Source: Candidatus Latescibacterota bacterium (GTDB taxonomy: Bacteria > Latescibacterota > UBA2968). Taken from it: 64,000 nt of DNA. Where the stretch lies: contig OZ242311.1 in assembly GCA_965207885.1 (NCBI GenBank), forward strand, positions 2,432,001 through 2,496,000. Direction: 5' to 3'. The notes below the pieces were generated by a model. That model ran no database searches and was not told where the DNA came from. It saw only the letters and a list, made by a program, of their open reading frames with translations. Below, piece after piece: positions 1 through 9,206 of this stretch; the stretch's first letter is position 1, and every line of letters starts with the position of its first letter. Position numbers and translations under genes: made by a program.

Positions 1-22
1 TGAGGAAGTGGAAATTCGGTGA
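1..22 (+). CDS. 3' end of upstream gene (..EEVEIR*), possibly a Mec/M67 JAMM protease
   Basis: In-frame GAG GAA GTG GAA ATT CGG TGA at the window edge; identity inferred only from context next to a sulfur carrier. Confidence 0.25.
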
Positions 23-44
23 AATATAAAAAAGGAGGTAACAA

Positions 45-329
45 ATGGCTGTGACAGTTCGGATTCCAACGCCTCTGCGCAAATTTACAGGTGATCAATC
101 CGATGTAGAAGTGCAGGGCGCGACGGTTGGGGAAGCTATCGACAATCTCGAAGCACAGCATGCGGGCATTAAGGAACACATGGTCGATGAGTCGGGTGCT
201 ATTCGACGCTTTGTGAATGTGTATGTCAATGAAGAGGATATTCGTTTTCTGGATGGACCCGATACTGACCTCAGAGATGGCGATCAGGTGACTATTGTGC
301 CTGCGATTGCCGGTGGGTGTTCCTTTTAA
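45..329 (+). CDS. MoaD/ThiS/CysO-family ubiquitin-like sulfur carrier with C-terminal extension (GG-CSF)
   Basis: VRIPTPLR, RRFVNVYVNEEDIRFL and IVPAIAGG motifs; strong AGGAGG RBS. Confidence 0.9.
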   Translation: MAVTVRIPTPLRKFTGDQSDVEVQGATVGEAIDNLEAQHAGIKEHMVDESGAIRRFVNVYVNEEDIRFLDGPDTDLRDGDQVTIVPAIAGGCSF

Positions 330-345
330 TCGATATATCTGACTT

Positions 346-777
346 ATGATGCACATTTCCGCTAAAGGTGACTACGGTTTGCGCGCGGTCTTAGACCTGT
401 GTTTGCACGATGGGGAAGGGCCAGTTTTGCGTACCGATATCGCTGCGCGGCAAAATATCCCCGCAGCGTATTTGGTACAGTTGCTCAATCTTTTGCGAAA
501 AGCTGGTTTGGTACACAGTATTCGTGGTCCCAAAGGCGGACATGTGTTGTTGAAACGTCCGGATGAACTGACTGTGGAAGAGGTATTGGCTGCTCTGGAG
601 GGACCCGTCAATTTGGTGGATAAGCGCGAGAAGGCTGAGGATGCGGGAACAGATGTGCTCAATGATGTGTGGGAAGCTGTGGGGACTGCTGTACACGATG
701 TACTGTCATCGGTGACATTTGCCGATTTGTGTCGAAAGTACCGGGCGCGTCAGATGCCTGTCACATTCCGGATATGA
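346..777 (+). CDS. Rrf2-family transcriptional regulator (CymR-like, lacks the IscR Cys triad)
   Basis: ISAKGDYGLRA, IAARQNIP, SIRGPKGG winged-HTH motifs; next to cysK. Confidence 0.88.
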   Translation: MMHISAKGDYGLRAVLDLCLHDGEGPVLRTDIAARQNIPAAYLVQLLNLLRKAGLVHSIRGPKGGHVLLKRPDELTVEEVLAALEGPVNLVDKREKAEDAGTDVLNDVWEAVGTAVHDVLSSVTFADLCRKYRARQMPVTFRI

Positions 778-1700
778 TTATGGATGGCGCGAAAACTGGA
801 CATACGGTGTTGGACCTCGTGGGCAACACGCCCATGGTAAAGTTGAACTCGATAAGACCTGCAAATGGTGCTCAGCTTTGGGCGAAATTGGAATTTTTTA
901 ATCCGGCGGGTAGTGTAAAAGATCGCACGGCTCTCGCTATGGTTGAGGCAGCAGAAAAAAGTGGACAACTCAAGCCCGGTATGACCATTGTGGAACCGAC
1001 CAGTGGCAATACGGGTATTGGCCTTGCCATGGTGGCTGCAATAAAAAATTATCGGCTGATCATTACCATGCCCGAAGGCGTCAGCGACGAGCGCACCCGA
1101 TTGCTCAAAGCTTATGGTGCCGAGGTTGTGCTAACACCCACCCGCGAGGGGATGCGCGGTGCGATTGAAAAAGCGTGGACGCTTAAGGATAAAAATTGTT
1201 TTATTCCGATGCAGTTTGAAAATCCCGCCAATCCCGAGATTCACCGGCAGACCACTGCCCGCGAGATGATTTCACAACTCGAGGGCGTTCCCGATGCTTT
1301 TGTCGCAGGTGTGGGAACAGGTGGCACTGTGACCGGTGTGGGCGAAGTCTTTAAGCAAGTGCGATCAGATGTCGTGATCGTCGGGGTGGAGCCAGGGGAT
1401 TCTGCAGTGTTATCGGGCGGAGAACCCGGTCCTACTGAGATCGATGGCCTGGGCGCAGGCATGATTCCAGATGTGCTGAATACGGAAATACTGGATCGCG
1501 TGATTGCCGTATCCAATTCGGATGCGCGCAAGATGTCAAAGCGATTGGCGCGCGAAGAGGGCCTGCTGGTGGGGATTTCGTCTGGTGCAGCAGCACACGC
1601 AGCCGTTGTTGTCGCTTCAGCGATGAGACCCCAACAGATGGTCGCAACGGTATTGTGCGATACCGGTGAACGGTATTTGGGCACGTTTTTGTTTGGGTGA
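774..1700 (+). CDS. cysK: Cysteine synthase A (O-acetylserine sulfhydrylase)
   Basis: NPAGSVKDR PLP lysine, EPTSGNTGIG, GVGTGGT; ATG overlaps the Rrf2 stop (ATGA). Confidence 0.92.
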   Translation: MIMDGAKTGHTVLDLVGNTPMVKLNSIRPANGAQLWAKLEFFNPAGSVKDRTALAMVEAAEKSGQLKPGMTIVEPTSGNTGIGLAMVAAIKNYRLIITMPEGVSDERTRLLKAYGAEVVLTPTREGMRGAIEKAWTLKDKNCFIPMQFENPANPEIHRQTTAREMISQLEGVPDAFVAGVGTGGTVTGVGEVFKQVRSDVVIVGVEPGDSAVLSGGEPGPTEIDGLGAGMIPDVLNTEILDRVIAVSNSDARKMSKRLAREEGLLVGISSGAAAHAAVVVASAMRPQQMVATVLCDTGERYLGTFLFG

Positions 1701-1710
1701 TGCACGCGGA

Positions 1711-1752
1711 CAAAAAAACCCGGCATCTGTTTGAGATTGCCGGGGCTTTTTG
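1711..1752. terminator. Bidirectional intrinsic terminator
   Basis: A-tract, CCCGGCA..TGCCGGG stem, T-tract between convergent cysK and rpsT. Confidence 0.75.
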
Positions 1753-1766
1753 TTTGTGCAGATATT

Positions 1767-2024
1767 TTACGACTCAAGGTCAGCGACGTGGCGCCGTACT
1801 CTCGATTTGTAGCGGGCGGCCGCATTGCGGTGGATAACGCCTTTTTTGGCTGTTTTGTCAATGATGGACTGCGTGCGATTGATCAGTGCCTCTGCTTCTT
1901 CTTTGCTATTTGTCTCCAATATTTTTTTTAGAGAAGTACGCAAAGACGAGCGCGTACTCTTATTGCGGAGCCTGGCTCTTTCAGCTTGGCGCATGCGTTT
2001 TTTTGAAGATGCCAATGTGGGCAA
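1767..2024 (-). CDS. rpsT: 30S ribosomal protein S20
   Basis: SSKKRMRQAERARLRNKS and KKGVIHRNAAARYKSR; TTG start after AAGGAGGTG. Confidence 0.95.
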   Translation of the reverse strand: MPTLASSKKRMRQAERARLRNKSTRSSLRTSLKKILETNSKEEAEALINRTQSIIDKTAKKGVIHRNAAARYKSRVRRHVADLES

Positions 2025-2182
2025 GGGATTCACCTCCTTAGAGAGTTTTCCGAAATTCAGAGTACGAAATGTAAACATTTACAGGTATTTGCACAACCCA
2101 TTTTTCATTTTCTTGTTTTTTTCTGCTTCTGTCTTATTTTATCGCTCAGGTCTTTAATCAAATCCAATCGGGAGGAATCACA

Positions 2183-3133
2183 ATGGCATCAACTATTTAT
2201 GTCGGCACAATTGGTCAGGGTGTTTGGCGAAGCGAAGATGGCGGCGACTCATGGCGGCGTACGAGCAGCGGTATGTTCTCGGAATCGGATATTCGCGCCA
2301 TTGCCGTGCATCCAGACAATGCGTCAATTCTGTTTGCGGGTACAGAGGCCGGTATTTATCGCTCGCAAAATGGGGGAGACAACTGGGAAAAATTGGATTC
2401 GCCAATGAACGGTATGCAAATCTGGTCTCTTGCGATTCATCCCAGAAGTCCAAATACGGTTTATGCTGGCACATGTCCTTCTGCGTTGTTTCGGTCGGAC
2501 GATGGCGGTGAGACATGGAAGCAACTTTCCGTGGAACTCGTCGAGGATTGCGGTGCGATTATTCCGCGCGTCACGACTATTATCATAGATCCGACAGATG
2601 ATCAGACCGTCTATGCGGGTATTGAAATCGATGGCATGCGGATTAGCAGAGACGGCGGTGAGACATGGACATCTGGTAATGAGGGCCTTTCGAGCCTGGA
2701 CATTCACGGCCTCGCGCTTGTGCCCGGAAGTCCAAAAACACTTGTGGCTGGCACCAATAATGATGTGTGCCTTACAACCGATATGATAAATTGGACACGG
2801 CTCAATGTGAAAGCAGAGTTTCCCTGGCCCTATTGCAGGGGGGTGCTCTATATGTCAAGTGGTCGGGTGTATGTCGGCGCGGGAAATGGTCCGCCAGGCG
2901 ATGAAGGGGGGCTGTTCTACACGTCTGATCTGGGACATTCGTGGGAGCGCGCTGATCTGAATGGCAATACCAACAGCACGGTCTGGGCGATTGTTCACAA
3001 TCCCGCTGTGCCGGATTTGATGATAGCGTATAGTATTGCCGGACAAATTTTTAGCAGCACCGATAATGGCGATTCCTGGACGAAGTTCACCCGCGAGTTC
3101 GGGGAGGTTCGCGCGGTGGCTATTGCGCAGTGA
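2183..3133 (+). CDS. BNR/Asp-box beta-propeller protein (WD40/YVTN-like)
   Basis: Repeated S-x-D-G-G-x-T-W Asp boxes; GGAGG RBS. Confidence 0.8.
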   Translation: MASTIYVGTIGQGVWRSEDGGDSWRRTSSGMFSESDIRAIAVHPDNASILFAGTEAGIYRSQNGGDNWEKLDSPMNGMQIWSLAIHPRSPNTVYAGTCPSALFRSDDGGETWKQLSVELVEDCGAIIPRVTTIIIDPTDDQTVYAGIEIDGMRISRDGGETWTSGNEGLSSLDIHGLALVPGSPKTLVAGTNNDVCLTTDMINWTRLNVKAEFPWPYCRGVLYMSSGRVYVGAGNGPPGDEGGLFYTSDLGHSWERADLNGNTNSTVWAIVHNPAVPDLMIAYSIAGQIFSSTDNGDSWTKFTREFGEVRAVAIAQ

Positions 3134-3151
3134 TGCAGGTGGGGATGGTGG

Positions 3152-4804
3152 CTAAGCGAGTTTCTCTTCGGCGGCTGACCAGGTTCCGCATCTGATTTCC
3201 AGCAGGTGATCCACTGGCGTCGTAAATGTCATCAATACGCGGAAAGCAGTGGGGGCGGACTCGCTGCCCCGCAACGCCCAGAAGCGATGGGCATACGCAC
3301 CCGGTCCGATGGAAATGGCGTCGTTGTTTATGTGGTAGGTCGCATATCTGGATTTGAGGAATGCGACCTCTGCGGCCTGGCCACGCACGATACCACTGTC
3401 AAAATCCAGTTCGCCGCCGGGTACAAAATCGCACGCAATTTGAAATGGCACGCGGTCATAGCCCTCTGATTTTACGTGCAGATTAAATCCGCTATCCACT
3501 TCTTCAATTTCCAATACTGTGGTTAGCGGCGGCAGGGCGTACACATCTCTTTCTTTTCGCAAGTTGTAAAATTCCTCAAATGCGACCTCGCGCCCCAATG
3601 GCAGGTCATAACCGGGTCTGCCTCCATCTGAACTTCGGCTTATGTGCGTCATTCTGATTTTGCCATCTACTTCCTCAAAGGTCTCGCCTGAAAATTGTGC
3701 GATAGAAAAATAGCTCGCGCACAGGTTCACCGAGGCCAATTCCACGTCTCCGTGTTTTACGCCAAATGGCGATGTTATACCTGCACCTGCTGTGGCACTC
3801 GTTTTTTCGCGCCGCACGCGCCACAATTGAGCGGTTGGGTAAACCCTGGCGTACGACTCGGGCAAAGGCTCGCGCTCAAGGTTATCTACTCGCCATTCGG
3901 GGTGGGTTAAAAATGGTTCGAGTGCCCATGGCAAACCGCCGGGGGATATGGCGTATAACCAGTCTGCGACTGCCGCGTAAAATCCATTTTCTTCCCGCCG
4001 CGCCATGTTGTAATAGCTATCGACCATACCTACCAGTACAACGCGGGTGCCGTGGTCCTGTCTGCGGGAAAAACTCGTTACAACGGTTCCGTCTGCATGT
4101 AACATGTGATAGGACAAATCCAGATTTTGACGCACGGGTTCCAGAAGGTGGGGGCGATTGAGCGCGTCGGAAGCCAGTCTGAGGGCGCGATTGCAGATGG
4201 CGTTATACGTGCCTGCACTGCGCTCGATGTATTCGCCATCGGCATTGTTGTCTATTGTTTCGGCGAGATAGCTTTCAATGGTGTCCATTCCATCCAGATC
4301 GGGGAATAATTCCAGCGCCTGGGAAAGCGCGGCGACCAATACCCAGCGGTGATTCGGCGTGTGGAATCCGCCCGCGATCATGCCCGGTACAGCCGTTTGA
4401 ATAATTTCTCCGAGTACTTCGGCTATCTGGCCTGCGCCATCATCACCTGCTTTGCGAGCCGCGCGGACTACTGGTGCGAGTCCCTCGACCAGAAATCCCG
4501 TGTCTGGCGATGAATCAAAATTGGTCGTTATCAGATCAAAACATCCACTCTCCCGGCGAATTTTTCGAGCAAAAGCCGCACCTGCGAGAATGCGTGCCAG
4601 AATTTCTTCGCTTTGATAATATCGACCGCCTTCCAGAAGGTAGGCATAGCCCAGGGTGGATACCGCGCTCACATTTGTCGCACCGGCAATACCATCGCTG
4701 ACAAACCCACCGTAATCTTCTCGTCCTGCATCCATAATCTGACGGGGCAACATAGTTTCTATCTGTTCATTCAGATTTTCCAATAGTGCTTCGTATTTTA
4801 GCAT
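3152..4804 (-). CDS. Conserved hypothetical protein (HTPNHRW motif; possible heparinase II/III-like carbohydrate enzyme)
   Basis: 550-aa ORF; GGFHTPNHRWV and DGEYIERSAGTYN motifs; helical N-part, beta-rich C-part. Confidence 0.55.
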   Translation of the reverse strand: MLKYEALLENLNEQIETMLPRQIMDAGREDYGGFVSDGIAGATNVSAVSTLGYAYLLEGGRYYQSEEILARILAGAAFARKIRRESGCFDLITTNFDSSPDTGFLVEGLAPVVRAARKAGDDGAGQIAEVLGEIIQTAVPGMIAGGFHTPNHRWVLVAALSQALELFPDLDGMDTIESYLAETIDNNADGEYIERSAGTYNAICNRALRLASDALNRPHLLEPVRQNLDLSYHMLHADGTVVTSFSRRQDHGTRVVLVGMVDSYYNMARREENGFYAAVADWLYAISPGGLPWALEPFLTHPEWRVDNLEREPLPESYARVYPTAQLWRVRREKTSATAGAGITSPFGVKHGDVELASVNLCASYFSIAQFSGETFEEVDGKIRMTHISRSSDGGRPGYDLPLGREVAFEEFYNLRKERDVYALPPLTTVLEIEEVDSGFNLHVKSEGYDRVPFQIACDFVPGGELDFDSGIVRGQAAEVAFLKSRYATYHINNDAISIGPGAYAHRFWALRGSESAPTAFRVLMTFTTPVDHLLEIRCGTWSAAEEKLA

Positions 4805-4909
4805 GAATAACCCCCATGGGTGAACGACTTCCAGCAAACCGAAGACCTGCCCAATATATCCCCAATTTGCCCGTACTTCAAGAGAACTCGTTTCCCACAG
4901 GGGCCTGAT

Positions 4910-5554
4910 TCAATGCAAACTGAAACGGATCGGGATGGTCATGCGTACCGCAATTGCTCTGTCATTTTGCATGGCTGGCTCGAACAGAAATTGCCTGACC
5001 GCCTCCAGAGCTGCAGCGCGAAAAATCTCGGGGCCTTTTAAAACTCGCGGTTCGGCTACGCGCCCTTCTCTGGTCACTATAAACGCCATAATCACCTGGC
5101 CCTGTAAACCCGCTCTGCGGGCCATCTCTGGATAAACCGGGTTCACGAACTTGATCAACTCGGGTTTCTGTTCCACGATCCAGAATTCCAAAATTTCTTC
5201 CTCTACTTCCACATCGTTCTTCTGCAGCGGTGGTGGGATATCGACGACAGGTGCATCGAAATCCAGTTCTGTATCGGCTATGGTCACATCATCGGGCACG
5301 TCTTTGTCTTCTGTTTCAATGGGTACGGAGGGTCTTGGCAGAGGTGGCAATCGCTTCTTCTGATGTGTCTCGGGAATATCTTCAACCTTAAGGACTTCAA
5401 TAACTTTTTTGGTCGATTTAGAGTCGATCTTCATATCTGGAAACAATATGGCCAATCCGACCATCAGAAACAGCGTCAATGAAGTAGAACGTCTCATCAC
5501 CTTTGGATAATTTGCTTTCAAATCGGCATCTGCATGTTTTTTGCGAATCATCAT
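4910..5554 (-). CDS. Energy transducer TonB-family protein
   Basis: N-terminal TM helix, Pro-rich linker, YPEMARRAGLQGQV TonB C-terminal motif. Confidence 0.88.
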   Translation of the reverse strand: MMIRKKHADADLKANYPKVMRRSTSLTLFLMVGLAILFPDMKIDSKSTKKVIEVLKVEDIPETHQKKRLPPLPRPSVPIETEDKDVPDDVTIADTELDFDAPVVDIPPPLQKNDVEVEEEILEFWIVEQKPELIKFVNPVYPEMARRAGLQGQVIMAFIVTREGRVAEPRVLKGPEIFRAAALEAVRQFLFEPAMQNDRAIAVRMTIPIRFSLH

Positions 5555-5568
5555 TTTCTCCTTTTTAA

Positions 5569-5588
5569 AGTATTAAAATTTTAATAGT
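5569..5588. promoter_or_regulatory. Palindromic operator candidate upstream of tonB
   Basis: AGTATTAAAATTTTAATAGT; nearly the reverse complement of 8056-8075. Confidence 0.6.
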
Positions 5589-5627
5589 TCATCTCAAAAA
5601 AATATCTATTGGTTTATTATCATAACA

Positions 5628-7658
5628 TCAGTATCCTCCCTTTAGCGGACCTTCAGGACAAAAGGTATGAGCCAGTACATCGAGTTGTCGCATCTGAAGC
5701 GCCTTTGTGCGGTTAGGTGCATAGATCCCCATAGTGATTAAAAAGAAGCGAGTCTGAGCGACATCAAAGAGTGCATAACTCTTAAACGGTCCACCTTGCC
5801 ATGCGCGTGTATTCTCCCACAGTCCTTCCAGACAGACGGCCAATTTTCCCAGGAACTCTGTCTGGTAAATATTTACCTCCCCAGACGATGTTTGATCGCC
5901 GCCATAAAAACGGCTCGATACGTCATCCCATTTTTGCAAACACCAATCTGGCGTCAATTGATCGGGATGTACACCATCTTCCCAATATACCCACAACCAC
6001 AATTGTCGCCGATCTACTTGACGCGCCAGTGCCACAAAGTTCTCATTTGCATACTCATCCATTACTTCATAGCCCACCGGCACCCGCAGGCGCCAGCCAA
6101 ATTGCCGTGATAGGGCTTCAGAATGCTCGGTATTTTCTCCCGCGTGATACAGGATGGTTTCGAGCCATTTCGACATAGAGGCATCAATCGCCGACACAAT
6201 GCGGTCGCTATTGAGCGCGACTTGTTCAGCCACGCCTTGCTCATCTGTAGCTTTGACGACCACAACTATCTGATCAGATGCCCACACATCGCGGTGAATT
6301 ACTGTCTCATTTTTGGAACGCCCGGTAAACAGCGGCTGCAAGTCCTTCGCCAGAATACCATTTGCAGATGAAACAAGGATCAAATTGCGGTAAGCCCGAA
6401 AATCCCGAAACGCTTCAGGAGAGACATATACGAGATCAAATACGTACTCGGGTTGCGGCGTCAATACCGGGTCTAACAGTAAATCTTCCAGTACTGGTTT
6501 TAATTTTTCTCGGGTTGCGCCATCGGCCACAATCACAATTTTACTGGTTAGCCCAATGCCCCGGGGCAATGGATTGCCGATAAGCACATCTGCCAGCGGT
6601 TTGCTCCACCGGGCAATTTTCAGATGGGCTTCGGCTCGACCGGGCACGTCAATGAGGGGTCCAATTTTTACAGCAATGACACAGACAAATAGAAATATCG
6701 CGAGCCAGATGGCACTGTGCGACAGCGATGGGCGGCGCTGGCTGAGCAGATATTCAAAGCGTTTTACCAGATTCGGATGGCGATTTATAATGCCCAATCC
6801 TATTGGGCGCACCCTGCCAATCATTTCTGTCAGGCGCGTCAGACAGATCGCATAATCACGTGCATTGTGACCGCGATGCGCGGCATAATCATCGCAGGCC
6901 ATTTCTCGTGTTAGTGACAGTTGCCGACTCAGCCACCAGATACCCGGATTGCACCACAAAACAACTTCTACGAGGCGCTGCACCAGAATGCCCAGGGCAT
7001 CTCTGCGTTGAACATGCGCGATTTCATGCTTGAGAATTTGCTCCAGTTCAGGCGCTGACAGTTGCGATATGAGATGTTGCGGTATGAGTACGACCTGGCG
7101 AGAAATACCCAGAACTGAGGGACTGGCAATAGCATCTGAAATTCGCAAACCCACATCCACTGAGCCAATCCATCTGCGTTTGTACCGCTCAAACAGAGCC
7201 TGAAGATCTTTTCCCGCCCACTTTCCAGATCGCTTCAACCGCATCATCTGATAATATCCCAGTGCTATGCGCCCGAGCATTGCACTGGCAACGGCGAGCC
7301 ATAAAATCCAGACGACAATTGGCCAGGAAGATGTGCCGTGGCTCGACCGGGTTTTCACAGGCGTTGCTATTTGTGGTTGTGATGTCTCACTGGCGAGATT
7401 GGTATCCAGAACTCTGGTTGGAAGTATCGTTGCGTCCGATTCATCTGCAGCTTCGTATGGTGCAGGTGTGACGAGAAACAGAGGCATAATCGCCACACCA
7501 ATCACGGCGACCCACAACAGGCGGTGCAACAAAGACGCAGGCACGCGCAAACGCGAGAGCACTGCCACAATCATTGCAGCCAAAAACCCCATCCAGATCC
7601 CATTCAGCAGATAAAACACGCTGAGCCGGGCAATGGTATCAATCCATTCGCCCATCAT
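5628..7658 (-). CDS. BlaR1/M56-family membrane metallopeptidase fused to a DUF4837-like periplasmic domain
   Basis: TM helices, HEIAHVQRRD zinc motif, REMACDD; C-domain with TPQPEYVFDL, DVWA, GLWE and GGPF motifs. Confidence 0.8.
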   Translation of the reverse strand: MMGEWIDTIARLSVFYLLNGIWMGFLAAMIVAVLSRLRVPASLLHRLLWVAVIGVAIMPLFLVTPAPYEAADESDATILPTRVLDTNLASETSQPQIATPVKTRSSHGTSSWPIVVWILWLAVASAMLGRIALGYYQMMRLKRSGKWAGKDLQALFERYKRRWIGSVDVGLRISDAIASPSVLGISRQVVLIPQHLISQLSAPELEQILKHEIAHVQRRDALGILVQRLVEVVLWCNPGIWWLSRQLSLTREMACDDYAAHRGHNARDYAICLTRLTEMIGRVRPIGLGIINRHPNLVKRFEYLLSQRRPSLSHSAIWLAIFLFVCVIAVKIGPLIDVPGRAEAHLKIARWSKPLADVLIGNPLPRGIGLTSKIVIVADGATREKLKPVLEDLLLDPVLTPQPEYVFDLVYVSPEAFRDFRAYRNLILVSSANGILAKDLQPLFTGRSKNETVIHRDVWASDQIVVVVKATDEQGVAEQVALNSDRIVSAIDASMSKWLETILYHAGENTEHSEALSRQFGWRLRVPVGYEVMDEYANENFVALARQVDRRQLWLWVYWEDGVHPDQLTPDWCLQKWDDVSSRFYGGDQTSSGEVNIYQTEFLGKLAVCLEGLWENTRAWQGGPFKSYALFDVAQTRFFLITMGIYAPNRTKALQMRQLDVLAHTFCPEGPLKGGY

Positions 7659-8044
7659 GTTTCATCCTCCTCTGCCTTCTGAATCATTTTGTGAATGCGG
7701 GCAAGGTCTTGCGCATCGAGTTCTTCATTTTCCACCAGATTGAGTACCAGAGTTTCTGGCGAATTGTCGAAAAAGCGACTCATCAGATACTGAATGGCGC
7801 TTCGCTGTGCATCCTCTCGCCCCACGATTGGATAATACACAAAAGCTCTGCCTTCTTTTTCATGCCGCAAATAACCCTTCTGTTCCAGAATGCGCAATAT
7901 TGTCAATACCGTGCTATACGCCGGAGATTCACGTCCAGCGAGTGTGTTGACAACCTCGCTCACTGTAGCCGAGCCGCGATCCCAAATCACCCGCATCAAT
8001 CTCAGTTCGGCATCTGTCAGAGTAGGGGATCTTCGCCTGCCCAT
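7655..8044 (-). CDS. BlaI/MecI/CopY-family repressor
   Basis: LTDAELRLMRVIW, AYSTVLTILRILEQKGYL, GRAFVYYP. Confidence 0.92.
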   Translation of the reverse strand: MGRRRSPTLTDAELRLMRVIWDRGSATVSEVVNTLAGRESPAYSTVLTILRILEQKGYLRHEKEGRAFVYYPIVGREDAQRSAIQYLMSRFFDNSPETLVLNLVENEELDAQDLARIHKMIQKAEEDET

Positions 8045-8055
8045 ATATAGCCCTC

Positions 8056-8075
8056 ACTATTAAAAATTTAATACT
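8056..8075. promoter_or_regulatory. Palindromic operator candidate upstream of blaI-like gene
   Basis: ACTATTAAAAATTTAATACT; weaker copy at 8110-8129. Confidence 0.6.
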
Positions 8076-8202
8076 TTCAAAACAAATATGACCAAGAAGA
8101 AAGTGAATGTCAATTAAAAAATTAATAGTTCAACAGAAAAAAAGACAAACTGGTAGGAGGGAGACGCCCTCGCGCTCCAAAATCCCAAACGGGGACACGG
8201 GG

Positions 8203-9183
8203 TCACTTGAACTTCAAGGGCTTGCCTTCACGGGCGGATTGATAAACCGCTTCGAGGAGTGCTACTGTGCGGCGGCCTTCGCGTCCATCTACGGATAAGG
8301 GCGTTCCTCTGGTCACGGCATTTACCACGTCTTCGACTATGCTGTGGACGTTATTTTCTACGCTGTCGAGTTTTTCCTGAAGCCCTGTGCCGTAAACCGT
8401 CATTTCGCCATTTAGAACGTCGTGTAGCAAAATGCCGCCTTCTGTTCCGTGTACCTCGGCGCTGAAATACACACTCTGGGGAAAGGTCGTGGTGCCCAGG
8501 ATTGTGCCTTTTGCTCCGTTCTCGAAATTCAGGATTGCCAGCCCGATGTCTTCGGTCTCAATCTCGTGATTTACAATGTCGATTTCACCGTACACGGAAA
8601 CCGGGTCGCCCATAAACCAGCTCAATACGTCAAGCAGATGGGCGCCCTGATTGGCCAATGAGCCACCGCCATCCATAGCCCATGTTCCGCGCCAACCATC
8701 GTCGTGGCGAAAATATTCGTCATTGCGGAACCACTTAAAACGCACTTCACCCAAAATCATCTTGCCCAGCCAGCCTTCCCGAATCGCGGTTGCTATCTTG
8801 ACATTGCCATCCACGTATCGGCTTTGATAATCTACACCGCACAACACACCGGCATCTTCACAAGCCGCAATGAGCCGATCACACGCTTCGGTGCTCACAT
8901 CCATGGGTTTGGTGGTTATCACGTGCTTGCCCGCTTTTGCCGCTTCAATTCCAACCTGGGCATGTTTGCCGCTCGGCGTCATCACCATGACGACATCCAC
9001 ATCATCTCGCGCAAACACATGTTCCATATTTATAACGCAGTCCGTCTCCAATTCCTGTGCCACTTCCTCGGCCAGATCGCCGTGCAGATCGCACACGACC
9101 CTCAAATCTGCCCCGGCTGTCTCTTTAATCAACCGCGCCCTGTTACGCCCCATGCCCAGGCCAATAACGCCGAAACCGACCAT
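8203..9183 (-). CDS. Gfo/Idh/MocA-family oxidoreductase
   Basis: GVIGLG Rossmann motif, GKHVITTKP, WRGTWAMDGGG. Confidence 0.88.
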   Translation of the reverse strand: MVGFGVIGLGMGRNRARLIKETAGADLRVVCDLHGDLAEEVAQELETDCVINMEHVFARDDVDVVMVMTPSGKHAQVGIEAAKAGKHVITTKPMDVSTEACDRLIAACEDAGVLCGVDYQSRYVDGNVKIATAIREGWLGKMILGEVRFKWFRNDEYFRHDDGWRGTWAMDGGGSLANQGAHLLDVLSWFMGDPVSVYGEIDIVNHEIETEDIGLAILNFENGAKGTILGTTTFPQSVYFSAEVHGTEGGILLHDVLNGEMTVYGTGLQEKLDSVENNVHSIVEDVVNAVTRGTPLSVDGREGRRTVALLEAVYQSAREGKPLKFK

Positions 9184-9206
9184 ATTATCCTCCTATCGTC
9201 TATTCT

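Noticed and set aside
8153-8200. GTAG-type REP element
   Set aside because: Only a partial palindrome, single copy in the window
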